Notes: a model not told the origin generated them from the letters alone. A stretch of 63,989 bases of DNA, filler included, from Octopus bimaculoides (GCF_001194135.2; 11 parts of 10 records of this genome joined end to end with filler, not necessarily neighbours in it), one strand, 5' to 3'. Shown: positions 50,001-63,989, counted from the first letter of the whole stretch. Translations and numbers: made by a program.

Positions 50001-50896
50001 ATAAACTAGCTTCACCATTTCATAGCAAAACCGTTGTACTACTTTGGCAGCTGGAGATACGATAGTCTCACCAAAAGTAACGGCTATTTTAAGCAAGAAT
50101 AGATATTGGAAAAAAAACGCATTTGGCCAGATATGGACATACGACAGTTGAACATAATGGCGATGATATATAATTAAGGTGGCAAGACGAAATTCAAAAG
50201 CAAAGAGGAAATATCTCACCGTCACTAAACAGTAACAAAGTGTGCATGGAGCACCAGCATTGCTAGAAATAAAAGTCAAAGAACACCACAATTGAGTGAC
50301 ATTAGATGGGCGTGCCAATTTCACATGAAATTTAATGCTCATCAGCAATGCTTACTCCACTATTGATGAGTATTAAAATTTCATGCGAAATTGGATTATC
50401 AATCTAATCCCTCTCAATTGTGGTGGGGAGGTTGTCTCCCATCTCAGTAAATAGAAAATGTGCTTTCTGTAGCTAAAGAGTTGTTTGGTTTTTATTTCTA
50501 GCTATGCTGGTGCTCCCTGCACCCTTCATCAGTGTTTAGTTACGGTGAATTATATATATATATATATATATATATCAAACAATAAGCAACACGGATTTCA
50601 AAAGTGATTGCAGTACGCACGTTTCATGCTACTTCAATTTATTTAAGTAATGTGAGCATTACCTTAAATGCAATATGAAGAGCAATCTTCAGCTGCACGA
50701 AAAAATGCAGAAAAAATGCAGAAAAAAGACATATTACAAATGTGGCAACATATTAAAACCAAGTGACATTTGTAATATGTCTTTTTTCTGCATTTTNNNN
50801 NNNNNNNNNNNNNNNNNNNNNNNNNNNNNNNNNNNNNNNNTTAATTAATTAANNNNNNNNNNNNNNNNNNNNNNNNNNNNNNNNNNNNNNNNNNNN

Positions 50897-50947
<51 letters not shown>

Positions 50948-51350
50948 TGTCAACACATATTTACCCTGCAAGAATGGCGTTTAGGACAGACTTATGAAAA
51001 TGTTTTGGACAGGTAAAGGTTTAAACTATAACGTTTAGAAAATAATTTTCAGTCAAATAAGTAATAAATAAATTAATGAATTAAATAAAACAGAAGTTAT
51101 ACTGATGTTTATGACTGTTGCAGGCTTAAATACGCCGCTCCGTTTAATAGAATCGACTTTACTTGTTTTAGACGTGAGTTCTGAACTGCAGGCATCCGCG
51201 TCAGGTCTGAAGAAAACGATCTCTTGTCCACCTTTACGCTCTCTTGGCCCTGAAAGCAACAATAGTCGCTACTCTTTTCCTGTGATAACGTTATACAGTT
51301 ATTCGTTTTTGCTTTTGTTTTATTGTATAATTCCTAAAATTGGTCTTAAA

Positions 51351-51651
51351 CAATGGTTCTCTACCAGAGTCCATATGACTCCTGGAGGTTCATACAAGAC
51401 TTTTACAAATAAAATAGAAAACTGGGAAGCTACAGTTGTATTTTAGGGTTCCATGAAAGAATGTTTACTTTAATTGTATTTTACGGCTGGAAACAGCTAT
51501 GTTTAACCTACGACACGTGTGGAAAACAAAATAGGAATTTTGAAAGAAGTTTCTAGAAAACTAGCTTTTAAATATCGAATGGCTATGGGGGTCCACCAGA
51601 ATAAAATAGTAATCAAAGGGGTCCACTGGTAAATGTGGCTGAGAACTACTG
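51351..51651. mobile_element. hAT (Charlie-like) MITE
   Basis: TIRs CAATGGTTCTC / GAGAACTACTG. 8-bp TSD GTCTTAAA / GTCTAAAA (one mismatch). Confidence 0.8.
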
Positions 51652-51953
51652 GTCTAAAACGATCTTTGATGTGACAAGATTAAATTCATTTAGAAAATTA
51701 CTATTTTAAAATCTCACAACGAGAGATATTCAGCAACAGTACTTTGGAGTAAAGATTGTTTGCCAACATAACATGGCAGTCCTGGTTTAGGACTAATGTT
51801 GCTGTAATTTAGCCCCAGGAGACATCGTCTCCAACTGGCGCTCACTTCATGTCACCGGGAGCGATAAAAACAATACCAGTCATACACTGAGGATGCTTCC
51901 ATCGAATAGACTTCTGCTTTGTGCCAACGCGAGAAATTAACACTAGGTTTGTT

Positions 51954-51993
<40 letters not shown>

Positions 51994-52179
51994 CAGCAGC
52001 AGCAGCAACAGGGAAAGTGTAATCACCACTTACAGCTTGTCACATATATCACACTAATGGCCTAAGTTAATGCTGTTTAATTCCCAGTCCACCGACTTTT
52101 GGCACGAGGTTATTAAAACCTTCTTTATACACTTTCTCTCTTTCTCTCTTTCTTCCTTTTTCGCAACTAATGTGTGTGT

Positions 52180-52212
<33 letters not shown>

Positions 52213-52240
52213 TGTGTGTGCGTGTGCGTGTGTGTGCGTG

Positions 52241-52272
<32 letters not shown>

Positions 52273-52569
52273 CGTGCGTGCTTGGTCATACAAATGAAAG
52301 ATTACTCAATACATGAGGTAGAGTATATTTACTTTCGAAACTATTCATACCATTGGTTCTCAATCATTGTTAACTTATGGACATCTTTGATCCCTTTTTT
52401 TTTAATCCCCATAACCATTCGATGTTTCAAAAAAATCCTCTTATATCTTTATAGTTAAATATTATTAGCAATTATATTTTTAAAAAAGGTTTAAGTTATT
52501 TCGTGTATTATAGAAGTATAATCAATTTACCGCAGATACATTTTAGCCAACAAATCTTATGTGGACACC

Positions 52570-53070
52570 GAAGAGTCCCGCATGGGGCCCTCGAGAAAGT
52601 CATCACCACCAGTATCGAGGCCATACTTATGAAGATACAGCTGCGTTGGGTGGGGTATGTCTCAAGAACGGCGGATCATCGCCTGCCAAAGATCTCTACG
52701 GAGAATTGTCACCTGCCTGTCGAAACAGCTGTGAACTCAAGAATCGATATAAAGGACCCTGGAAGCTTGTAACATCGACCCTCACCAGTGGACCCACCAA
52801 TCCTGCTATCTGCAAGGCTTGGCACTGCACACCATCCAGCAGGCTAACAGCGCATTTAAGACAAACCGTTGTGTCAGCTGGGAGAAGCGGAGAATCCAAA
52901 CGAGGAGTTGTGTGAGGGTGGGGACAAACAGAACACAGACATTTCCTTGCGGCCGCTGTCAGAGGCCACACCAATCACCGGCGCGCATATTCACGGGGTT
53001 AGCGAAGGGGACCCAACCTTTAAGTATCGTCGTATCGATTTCATCGCCATGAGAGATTATCCGCTACCAC
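52570..53070 (+). mobile_element. RTE-clade LINE 3' end
   Basis: TSIEAILMKIQLRWVGYVSRTADHRLPK, LYGEL, KNRYK, and FPCGRCQRP match the RTE/BovB C-terminal pattern. Confidence 0.8.
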
Positions 53071-53725
53071 CAGAACTACAGCTAACTCACCATTGTCACC
53101 AATAAGGCCACTACTATAAGTAATTCTTCACTCGTACTACTACAAATACAATGACCAGATTTATACTAACCACCACCACCACCACCACCACTACAACTGA
53201 ACTACTGCTATCACCAAAACTACCATTGACGCAATATCCAGCGCTGTTAACCACCACAATCACCACAACCATCACCTACACCATCACAACCCATCACTGT
53301 CATTAAAGCCACCACTGATACAATAGTCAAAACTGTATCCAGCTTCTATCATATCCTCTCCTCCAACCACCACCACCACCACCACCACCACCACCACTGC
53401 TGTAATTAATGATGTTCTCATCACCAATAGCAACACCAGCAACATCAACGTTGCCACCGTCATCACCATAAATTCCACCACCACCACCACCACCACCACC
53501 ATCGCCTCTAGAATTATCACCATCTCTAACACCAGCATCATCACCATTAACACGACCATCTCTAATACCAACATGACCAACATACTTTCAAATACATACA
53601 CGCATGCGCACAAACTCAGTCGCACACAACCGCACGCAGACATGCATACACAAGCACATACATAAAAACTTTTGGAGACATATACACACAATCACACACT
53701 TTTCTACACAACCAGAAACTATCCA

Positions 53726-53799
<74 letters not shown>

Positions 53800-55199
53800 C
53801 ACATTTACACACCAAAATATACATACAGATATGTACACGCTTATCCTTCCAATCCATTTATTTAATCNNNNNNNNNNNNNNNNNNNNNNNNNNNNNNNNN
53901 NNNNNNNNNNNNNNNNNNNNNNNNNNNNNNNNNNNNNNNNNNNNNNNNNNNNNNNNNNNNNNNNNNNNNNNNNNNNNNNNNNNNNNNNNNNNNNNNNNNN
54001 NNNNNNNNNNNNNNNNNNNNNNNNNNNNNNNNNNNNNNNNNNNNNNNNNNNNNNNNNNNNNNNNNNNNNNNNNNNNNNNNNNNNNNNNNNNNNNNNNNNN
54101 NNNNNNNNNNNNNNNNNNNNNNNNNNNNNNNNNNNNNNNNNNNNNNNNNNNNNNNNNNNNNNNNNNNNNNNNNNNNNNNNNNNNNNNNNNNNNNNNNNNN
54201 NNNNNNNNNNNNNNNNNNNNNNNNNNNNNNNNNNNNNNNNNNNNNNNNNNNNNNNNNNNNNNNNNNNNNNNNNNNNNNNNNNNNNNNNNNNNNNNNNNNN
54301 NNNNNNNNNNNNNNNNNNNNNNNNNNNNNNNNNNNNNNNNNNNNNNNNNNNNNNNNNNNNNNNNNNNNNNNNNNNNNNNNNNNNNNNNNNNNNNNNNNNN
54401 NNNNNNNNNNNNNNNNNNNNNNNNNNNNNNNNNNNNNNNNNNNNNNNNNNNNNNNNNNNNNNNNNNNNNNNNNNNNNNNNNNNNNNNNNNNNNNNNNNNN
54501 NNNNNNNNNNNNNNNNNNNNNNNNNNNNNNNNNNNNNNNNNNNNNNNNNNNNNNNNNNNNNNNNNNNNNNNNNNNNNNNNNNNNNNNNNNNNNNNNNNNN
54601 NNNNNNNNNNNNNNNNNNNNNNNNNNNNNNNNNNNNNNNNNNNNNNNNNNNNNNNNNNNNNNNNNNNNNNNNNNNNNNNNNNNNNNNNNNNNNNNNNNNN
54701 NNNNNNNNNNNNNNNNNNNNNNNNNNNNNNNNNNNNNNNNNNNNNNNNNNNNNNNNNNNNNNNNNNNNNNNNNNNNNNNNNNNNNNNTGTATATATATAT
54801 ATATATATAAACCATAAAAAGGAGGAGGTCTGAGAAGTGTATGTATATTTTTTAACCGCATGACTTCAATAGGATTATGGCCGTTTCGCATCCTCATTCG
54901 TGTAATGCTCATTTCAGTATGGAAGACATTATGTGTCCATGTTTGCTATACAATTGGATATTCACAAATTAACGCAAATAAAGCTAACTCCTCAGACCAC
55001 CGGGACATCACGGTAACACCAACAATCCAGCTCTCAGATAGTCATCAATGATACCAATCACATTATTATTTCAATCTTGTATTTATTTTATCGATATCAA
55101 TTGGTCAAAATCGCTTGGGGACACGATATGAACTCAGACATGGACAACTACAGAGGAAATATAAACGCAGATACATGCATACACATACCACATGTGTCA

Positions 55200-55870
55200 T
55201 ACACTCACACACACATATGCATACCTGCAGTCACCAGGTTAAAGCACAACTGGCCAGATATTGTTGTGAGGGATCACACGGAAAATATATGGCCTGTGTG
55301 AAGATCAGCTGCCTTCTGGACACGGATGTGATAAGAAAAGAACAAGAGAAAGAGGACATCTGTGGGCCATTGATAAGGAATTTGCAAATCCAGTCTTCAA
55401 GATACACTTCCAGCTTCATACCCATTATCATTGGAGCAACAGGAGACATACCGACCCGTCTGGAGCAAAGTATTGCTGAACTTAGGTTCTTGCTACAAAT
55501 GACCACGATATTTTGGCCTACAAAAATCTGCGAGATTTTCTTGAGATTTAAAGAATCATGGTTAAAACAAGATGCTTTTCTTCACATCCTTACTATCAAG
55601 TTATAGGTGGATGGTCAAAATTTACTCTAAATTAAAAAGGGAAAGAAAAGAACACGCATACAAACATATATACATACATACACACATATACATACATACA
55701 TACATGCATACATACATACATACATACATGCATACATAAACACACACACATACATACAAACAAAAATACCCTGTTCCAATGAAGGAAACTTATATCTAGG
55801 TTCGAAACCGGCTCTTTCTCTATTGGCAAGAAATCTTGAAATAAACTGAACAACGCCATACATATATAAC
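55200..55870 (+). mobile_element. RLE-type LINE 3' end, (ACAT)n-associated, diverged
   Basis: KHNWPDIVVRD, KISCLLDTDV, FIPIIIGATG, KICEIFLRF. The same terminal module as 17318-17430 follows. Confidence 0.75.
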
Positions 55871-56206
55871 TACGACCGGCTTTGTACAAGTTTGTACAAC
55901 CAAGAAACCTCTTGGTTGTGTAGCGAACTTCTTAACCCTCACACCTAAACTTATCTGGTTAGAATTCACAGAAAATATATTTCTTTGTGTAAATATCATG
56001 TATACATTCATGCATACCTAAATACATCTATATACACATAGGTTTATAGAGAAACAGAGACAGGGACAGACAGACAGACATACAGGCAGGCAGGCAGGCA
56101 GACAGAGAGACAGGCAGGCAGGCAGGCAGGCAGGCAGACTGATAGACAGGTAGGTATGTATGTATGTATGTAGGTAGGTAGGTGGGTAGCTGAGCGGGTA
56201 GACAAG

Positions 56207-56291
<85 letters not shown>

Positions 56292-56456
56292 GGACGGACG
56301 GACGGACGGACAGACGGACGGACGGATGGATGGATGGATGGACATACAGAAAGACAAACAGACAAACTGGCAGGTTGTTTAGTAGGTAGGTAGGTAGGTA
56401 GGTAGGTAGGTAGGTAGGGAGAGAGAGAGATGGACAGACAGATAGATAGATAGATG

Positions 56457-56506
<50 letters not shown>

Positions 56507-56545
56507 AAGATAGATAGATAGATACATAGGTGGATGGATGGACAT

Positions 56546-56592
<47 letters not shown>

Positions 56593-57919
56593 GGCAGGCA
56601 GGCAGGCAGGTAGGTAGGTAGGTAGGACGGTAGGTAGGTAGGGAGGTGATACCTCTATATACATATATAAATATTTATGTGTGTGTTTGTGTGTATAGGT
56701 GCGCGCGTGCGTGTGTGTCATGTACTCTCCCTATTATCTTTGCTAAGAGGTTTCCCTCCCCTTAAATAACAGATCCCTTAAAGAGGGCACCGGGTTGAAT
56801 CTATATTGAATTACAGTCCTATTATATATACATCCTGCTTCGCCAATAATGGCGGCTTTTTGATAACGGATGGCGTTCTGTTTAAATATTCTCTCTACTC
56901 TCTCGCATAATGTAACTCGTCGACGGAAATGGGAGTAAATACTTCCTCATTGTGTAGGGGTGTGTATATGTGTGTGTGCGTGTGTGCTTGTGTGTATGTG
57001 CGTGTGTGTGCGTGAGGTTTGTGTATGTGACAATGAGAAATTATGGAAAAAGAGGAGAGCAGATTGCTGTGTGCTTGTATGCATTTTTAATCGTGTATGC
57101 ACGTGCACGCACACACACACACACATACACATACATATACACACATACATACACATATGCATACAGACTCATATGTACACACACACACAGATACATATAC
57201 ATACGCACACATATATATTCATATATGTATATATATATATATTTATATAATATACATATATCTATCTGTATATATATATATNNNNNNNNNNNNNNNNNNN
57301 NNNNNNNNNNNNNNNNNNNNNNNNNTTAATTAATTAANNNNNNNNNNNNNNNNNNNNNNNNNNNNNNNNNNNNNNNNNNNNACCACCACCACCACTACTA
57401 GTTTGAGAATACCGAAAGGACATGTAAAAAAGGAAATTTAGTCGCCATTTGTTGCAGCAACAGAAAACAAAACAAGTGCAACAACAATAAGAAAAAAAAA
57501 AACTGTTACAATAATGGCAACAATAACGACGATGACAAAAACAAAAAAGGTCAGACAACACATCTACACACGCACACACATACACACACATACACACACA
57601 CATACACACACACACACGCACACACACAAATGCACATTCATGCACTCTGACATGCAGACACACACACATGCACATAAACACCGAAGAAGTTTCATTTTCT
57701 CCTCGCAGCGGATCAACAGGTAAAGTGATGAGAGAGAACTCAACATAACTATGATACTCGATGGGTGTGTCAGTTATGGAGAGCTGAATTTGTATGAGGT
57801 AAGGGAAGCACAGGGTAAACACAGAAAACTTATCAGGTGAGAATGTGACCAAGTCTGACAGTTTAGTAATATTTTTTCGTTTTCTAGTTTCATTTATACC
57901 ACACAGGCCTGTAACAAAA

Positions 57920-58140
57920 TGACGGCGAGCTGGCAGAAACGTTAGAACGCCGGGCGAACTGCATAGTGGTATTTCATCTGTCTTTATGTTCTGGGTTCAA
58001 ATTCCGCTGAGGTCAACTTTACCTTTCATCCTTTTGGCGTCGATAACTTAAGTACCAGTTGCGTATTGGGTCGATCTAATCGAATGCCCCCCACATCTCC
58101 CTAAAAATTTCTACCCTCGTGCCTAGAATAGAAAAGGGGC
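57920..58140 (+). mobile_element. Nin/Deu-domain-like SINE, near full-length
   Basis: GGCGAGCTGGCAGAAACGTTAG..GGGTTCAAATTCCGCTGAGGTCAACTTTACCTTTCATCC..GTCGATAACTTAAGTACCAG. Confidence 0.85.
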
Positions 58141-58637
58141 GTGTAACGAAATGAGTTACGGTTTTTCTGACCACTTTATTAGGAAGCGAGCTAGAGAAAG
58201 GAATCTCTTATATCTCCCTGCGTAAGGTTACAGGGAATTGCTTTTTTTTCCGAACGAAGAAGCTGCTACAAGTGGTCCGCGACAATAGTCTAGAAACGTG
58301 AATTCAAATTTCGGCGATGTAAATCCTTGGCAAGTGATTTTTATCTGAGAGCGGGTGTTGAACCTAAAATAAGTGCATAGTGGAAAACACACATATTAGC
58401 CATTCACAAACAGAAGGTTTAATTTGGGGGCAAGATTCTCGTCGCGCCGACTGCAAACTTGTCACTGACGGGGTTACACTGCAACTCGTTCGGGCGAAGC
58501 TGTTGGTCAGTATGTCTTGGTTTCATGACTATAAATAAAAAATGTTTACATATATATCTGTGTGTGTGCGTGTGTGTGCATGCATGTATACATATAGGTC
58601 AGTCGTTGTTATGCTCATAGTTATTTTCTTCTCTAGG

Positions 58638-58684
<47 letters not shown>

Positions 58685-58782
58685 CCATCATCCTCATCTT
58701 CTTCTTCTTCTTTTTCTTCTTCTTCTTCTTCTTCTTCTTCTTCTTCTTCTTCTTCTCCTCCTCCTCCTCCTCCTCCTTCTGC
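58638..58782. repeat. Compound trinucleotide microsatellite (CAT)n-(CTT)n-(CCT)n
   Basis: Read directly. (TAG)n runs also occur at 58945-59014 and 51957-51992. Confidence 0.95.
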
Positions 58783-58944
58783 TTTATGGCCTTACAAATA
58801 CTGATGATAGCATTTTGGGATCGACAAAATGAAATGCCCGTCCAGAACTAGCGTCCATAGTTAATCGATGTAATCGACAAACCGCATCCCTCAAATGTCA
58901 GGTCCCGTGCTTTTACGTGGAACAATTATTATTATTATTATTAT

Positions 58945-59015
<71 letters not shown>

Positions 59016-59350
59016 TCATGTCAATATATTTGAATCAACAAGTGTATTGACTGCGGCAAAACATTTTCTTCTGCCAGGGCAAAAAAAACGGAAAAACAAA
59101 GTTGTACTGTCAGCCACAACTTCCGATTTGACAGGAGAGAGGACAAAAGGAGAGAAAGTGCGACAAACAGACAGAAATTGAAGGGCTAGACTAATAATAG
59201 TTGTCCTCTTTTCAACGCCACATTGGTCGCCAATATTAATTCTTGTATTGAAACATCCTAGACACATCTGCCCGTCAGCCTACCTATATATTTATCTAAC
59301 AATCAATCTCTGTATCCACCCATCTATCTATCTATTTATCTATCTATCTG

Positions 59351-59382
<32 letters not shown>

Positions 59383-59482
59383 NNNNNNNNNNNNNNNNNN
59401 NNNNNNNNNNNNNNNNNNNNNNNNNNTTAATTAATTAANNNNNNNNNNNNNNNNNNNNNNNNNNNNNNNNNNNNNNNNNNNN

Positions 59483-60625
59483 CTGAAGGATAGAAGTCAG
59501 GTGGTAGTAACCAATGGGGCCACCTCCAATGACACAAAAATAGTGAGCGGTGTTCCACAAAGCACTGTTTTGGGACCGCTACTGTTCATAATGGCCCTCT
59601 CAGACATGCCCTCAGCCACACAGAGAGCCACGGTCACAAGTTATGCAGATGATACAAAAGTCTCACGGGTAATACAGAACCCTGAAGACACTATGCACCT
59701 GCAATGTTAGCTGGATGAAATATACAAGTGGGCTGAAAAGAATAACATGCAGTTTAATGCTGAAAAGTTTCAAGCCTTGTGCTATCAGCATGCAAAACTA
59801 AATGCAGTACCCATTAAATACACTGGACCTGGAGGGACTGCAATCCCAGAAGCAAAGACAGTGCGAGACCTGGGCATTTACATGAGTAATAATGCATCCT
59901 TTCATTTTCATGTTGCTAAATTGTCAATGAAATGCAGGCGACTGACCGGATGGATTCTTAGGACTTTTAGAATAAGAGATCAGGAAACCATGATGGTGCT
60001 CTGGAGGACACTTGTTCTAAGCCACTTTGACTATTGCTCTCAGCTATGGTCACCAACCAGTGTCAAATTAATCTCAGAACTTGAGGCAATCCAACGAAGC
60101 TACACAAAGAAGATAGCCTCTATGCAGCATATAAGCTATTGGGAAAGACTCAAGAGATTAAGACTCTATTCCTTAGAGCGTAGACGAGAAAGATATGCCA
60201 TAATATACATCTGGAAGATCCTGGAAGGACTTGTCCCAAACTTTGGCATCGAAAAGTTACACAAATAAAAGAAGTGGACACCATTGCATAGTGCCAAGGA
60301 CTCCAAATTTGCCATCAAGATATAGGACAAGATACTGCAATAGCCTGGGCTTCAGAGGTCCACAGCTCTTCAATATCCTCCCGAAGGACCTGAGAGACCT
60401 GCATGTGTTGGATGTAGGTGTCTTCAAAATAAAGCTGGACCTCTTCCTGTCAAGTGTCCCAGATGAACCAACTTCACGGCAGGAGGTGCAGATGAGAGCA
60501 GCTGCATCAAACTCTCTCATGCACCAAATGTCAATTCCTGAAGAAAAATTTGTGAAGTGAATTTGTGTAGCAACACCAAATGGCGGTGCCAGCATCATGA
60601 GCTGAAACTAGATAAAATGAAAATG
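59483..60625 (+). mobile_element. CR1-group LINE, RT C-terminal half and 3' end
   Basis: SGVPQSTVLGPLLF, SYADDTK, WAEKNNMQFNAEKF, VRDLGI, LVLSHFDYCSQLWSP, LEAIQR, SYWERLKRLRLYSLERRRER. One premature stop and one frameshift. Confidence 0.95.
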
Positions 60626-60660
60626 ATATATATATTTATATATATATATATACATATATA

Positions 60661-61300
60661 CTAGCAGAGATACCCAGCGTTGCCCGTGTTACATGCAATT
60701 GAAGAATGAGACTTTTCTGTTATATTTTCTGTAAGGGACTGGAATACATATGATTCGAATTTCATGAAAATTGCACATGAGGGTTCTTTCCCTCTTTACA
60801 CACCCTAAAAAATTCTAATCATGAGACATGTATCCCATACTATTGATCTTTATGTGCATATTCCAAAATTTCAGTCTTCTGGAACCTGTAAAATGGATTT
60901 TGCTGCTGAAAAATGGAGCTCATAGAGCTCTAAAATGTGGGAATGCAGGTCCCTATTGGGTGTGGGGGTGTTAATGTCAACCAGAGAAGTTGAATTGCTG
61001 GGAATGTTTTTAACTTGGGTCTTATAATATGCCTGTATATATGTGAGAGTATAGTCTTACTTTAATAGTTTCAGTATGAAATTGAAAGTATTAAAGTGAA
61101 ATTACAGTAGCGACATGTTATTGTTTCACTTTTGACAGGTAATACTGAAATAGTGGAATAGTTTCAGTGTTAAAGTGAAAGTATCTGACATTACAGTAGA
61201 GTGATGTTATTGTTTCACTTTTGACACGTAATACTGAAATAGTGGAGGAGATATGATATTGCTGTGGGCTCGGACTATGCAAGAAGTTAAAAAATTTTTT
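60661..61300 (-). mobile_element. Non-autonomous Helitron 3' terminus (copy 2), with an internal ~89-bp-period direct repeat
   Basis: Same CACGGGCAACGCTGGG..CTAG|T end as 36652, next to (TA)n. 61101-61157 is repeated at 61190-61246. Confidence 0.75.
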
Positions 61301-61400
61301 NNNNNNNNNNNNNNNNNNNNNNNNNNNNNNNNNNNNNNNNNNNNTTAATTAATTAANNNNNNNNNNNNNNNNNNNNNNNNNNNNNNNNNNNNNNNNNNNN

Positions 61401-61449
<49 letters not shown>

Positions 61450-61583
61450 TATTATGCATAATAAATATGTATATATGTATATTGTTGTATTTTGGAATGG
61501 TCATTTTTTTTCAAATATATACATATATATATGTATATATCTGTATTATATTTATATATAATATATATAGAATATATATATAT

Positions 61584-61614
<31 letters not shown>

Positions 61615-61769
61615 GTATGTATATATAGTTCAAATTTACAGAAAACAAAAGACGAAGATAAATGAAGGAAAAACAAGCAGGTGTATGTGTGTATGTATAT
61701 ATATATATAACCAAGATAATTAGAGAGTTAACCTAGATGAGATGCACTACTTATATTCTCTTAATAGTT

Positions 61770-62540
61770 TGGTACCTGCAGGAGAAGTATGTAGCAGAAA
61801 GTAAACTAATGTACTTAGCATTGTTGGCCTGGAGAAAGCCTTTGACAGAGTGCCTTCATCTCTCATCTAGTGGTTGTTGTGAAAGCTCATGAGAGCCATT
61901 CAAGCCATGTACAGGGATGCTCTTAGCAAAATGAGAGTTCATGAATACAGCAATGAATTTAGTTTGCAAGTAGAAGTTCATCAGGGTTTGGTTATCAGTC
62001 CCCTCTTATTTAGTCCTGGTTGCCCAAGGGATCTTGTTCTTATAGCTGAGGCTGTAGGACAATTAGAACTAAAATTCCAAGAGTGGAAACAAAATCTGGA
62101 ATCAAAGGGTCTTAAATTTAACTTAGCAAAGACTAATATTCTAATTGGCAGGAAAATAGACAGGTCACTAATAAATGCAGATGACATGCAAAGACTTGGA
62201 AGAAAAGAAGTTAATATCCTCTGATGAGTGTGCAATGTCATTACACATGTAGAATAAATTACAAATGTGCTTAGAGAAAAATTGGACATAAGAGATATGA
62301 GATGTGGTATGCAGGAGAACACTCTGTGCTACTATGGTCATGTGATGTGAATGAATGTGGACAACTGTACAAAGAACTGCCGATTGCTAAATTTGGAATG
62401 TACCTTTGAAAGAGGAAGATCAAAATGTGGGATGAAGTAATGAAGACTGGCCTCGAGATGTTGAGTTTCTCAGAGATAGCCTGGAACCAAGATGAATGGT
62501 GATATGTTGTGCTTGAGAAGACCTGTGCATCTCTGCAGAA
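61770..62540 (+). mobile_element. RTE-clade LINE fragment, strongly decayed
   Basis: EKAFDRV, RAIQAMYRDALSK, VEVHQGLVISPLLF, FQEWKQNLESKGLKFNLAKT; homologous to 63600-63989. Confidence 0.85.
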
Positions 62541-63509
62541 TTGAAGTTCTGTCAAGCAACTCATCTTCTGACACCCACTCTTCTATGTTACTCTACACTT
62601 AACTGATATCTTCTACATCCAAATTATTCCCTATCTCCAATCATCTGTCACACTATTTTCACTCAGTGCATTTACTTACACATCCAGTTTTTCTGGTTTT
62701 CTATCCTTGTCTCATATTCATGTTGTACTTCAAATTTACATCTCTTTCTTTCTCTCTTTCACTTTCCAAGTGTCTTTTCAGGTGTCTCTTCAGCAAGGCA
62801 CCTGCTCCTCTCCTTCTACCACAGTTTCTTATTCCTCTAATTTATACATCATTTGGTTGAGAGTTTTTATCTTATAGATACTTGGTCACCTCACTGCTGC
62901 TGGTGCCATGGACACTCTGGTTAAGCACCTGCGTTTTAGGTGTAGGAGAATATACTCCCAATGTGCTTGATGTTAAAAACACCTGGAAGTAAGTCAAGCG
63001 ATACAACTTACAGCAAGTCCCTTCTCATATAGTCGTAGTCAGTGATATGGCTTGCAGCTGGCCTTGTTCAATACTTGGCATTGAAAAGTCACAACAATGA
63101 CAAAACATCAATGTCTGTCACTCCAAGAAGGGACTTGATGTAAATTGTTTTGCTTGCCTATGACTAACTTTCAGGTGTTTTTAACACTAGGTGCATTGAG
63201 AATATATTCTGTTATGCCTAAAAACTACAGCCGACCCACAAAGTAACAACACACACACCTTGTGTATGTGTTCAATTTTGTTTACATACCTCGAGCTACT
63301 TCTAATTCATATTTGAATATATATANNNNNNNNNNNNNNNNNNNNNNNNNNNNNNNNNNNNNNNNNNNNNNNNNNNNNNNNNNNNNNNNNNNNNNNNNNN
63401 NNNNNNNNNNNNNNNNNNNNNNNNNNNNNNNNNNNNNNNNNNNNNNNNNNNNNNNNNNNNNNNNNNNNNNNNNNNNNNNNNNNNNNNNNNNNNNNNNNNN
63501 NNNNNNNNA

Positions 63510-63989
63510 TATATACTCGTAAGGTACAGTGTATGGTTGTAGACCAACAAATTAGGGAGAGAGTCAGTTTAGATGAGATGCCAGGGAAAAGCTCCAATTA
63601 TGCTATATTTCTGGTAAGACAGCTGCAGGAGAAATACCTAGCCAAGGATAAACCTCTATACCTGGCTTTCGTTCACATGTAGAAAGGCTTTGACAGGGTC
63701 CCCCGATCCCTTATCTGGTGGTCAATGAGGAAACTAGGAATAGAAGAATGGTTAGTGAGAGCTGTGTGAGCCATGTACAGAGATGCTGTCAGTAAGGTGA
63801 GGGTTGGAAATGAGTACAGTGGAGAATTCTGGGTAGAGGTAGGGATCCACCAAGGTTCTGTCCTCAGCCCCCTCCTATTTATCATAGTTCTCCAGGCGAT
63901 AACTGAGGAATTCAAGACAGGATGCCCCTGGGAGCTCCTCTATGCTGATGACCTTGCACTAATTGCTGAGTCACTATCAGAACTAGAGA
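63510..63989 (+). mobile_element. RTE-clade LINE RT domain (younger copy; runs off the window end)
   Basis: QLQEKYLAKDKPLYLAFV..GFDRVPRSLIWWSMRKLG..VGIHQGSVLSPLLF..ELLYADDLALIAES. Confidence 0.93.

Noticed and set aside
50713-50796. Perfect 31-bp inverted repeat with a 22-nt spacer
   Set aside because: It ends exactly at a contig edge; a fold-back or chimeric read artefact is as likely as a real hairpin.
51124-51173. Possible 50-bp exon (TTGCAG|GCTTAAAT..TTAGAC|GTGAGT)
   Set aside because: The phase-0 frame needed to follow the dynein exon has an immediate stop, and the other frames show no homology.
54870-54905. Minus-strand CGAATGAGGATGCGAAACGGCC, hammerhead-like
   Set aside because: The core is too degenerate and there is no stem I support or second copy.
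59037-59190. KCIDCGKTFSS, resembling a C2H2 zinc-finger start
   Set aside because: No His pair, an in-frame stop just upstream, and no splice acceptor or linker; likely chance.

Overview
Eukaryotic, AT-rich, heavily gapped genomic DNA dominated by microsatellites and decayed transposable elements. The repeat content (Nin/Deu- and CORE/V-domain tRNA-SINEs, R4/Dong-like LINEs, Penelope-like elements) suggests an octopod cephalopod draft assembly; that species call is inference only. I can support one host coding exon: 35214-35425 (+), a 212-bp exon of an outer-arm axonemal dynein beta-type heavy chain (DNAH9/11/17 family, N-terminal tail), so most of the window is probably intron. Mobile elements present: a decayed Ty3/Gypsy provirus (28097-33198), two Tc1 remnants, mariner and hAT MITEs, a long-TIR element with an 8-bp TSD that carries (TTAGGG)n, three Penelope GIY-YIG fragments, at least seven RLE-LINE fragments, CR1- and RTE-type LINE pieces, and Helitron pieces. 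The best candidate for an unusual system is a composite element found twice (about 9.0-9.3 kb and 49.7-50.0 kb). It joins a Pol III tRNA-type head, an (AAT)n spacer and a Penelope-type minimal hammerhead-ribozyme motif, and one copy has an inverted partial duplication. TE boundaries were read by eye and are approximate unless a TSD or TIR is quoted. No database search was run. Most entries in the ORF track are microsatellite or N-gap artefacts.
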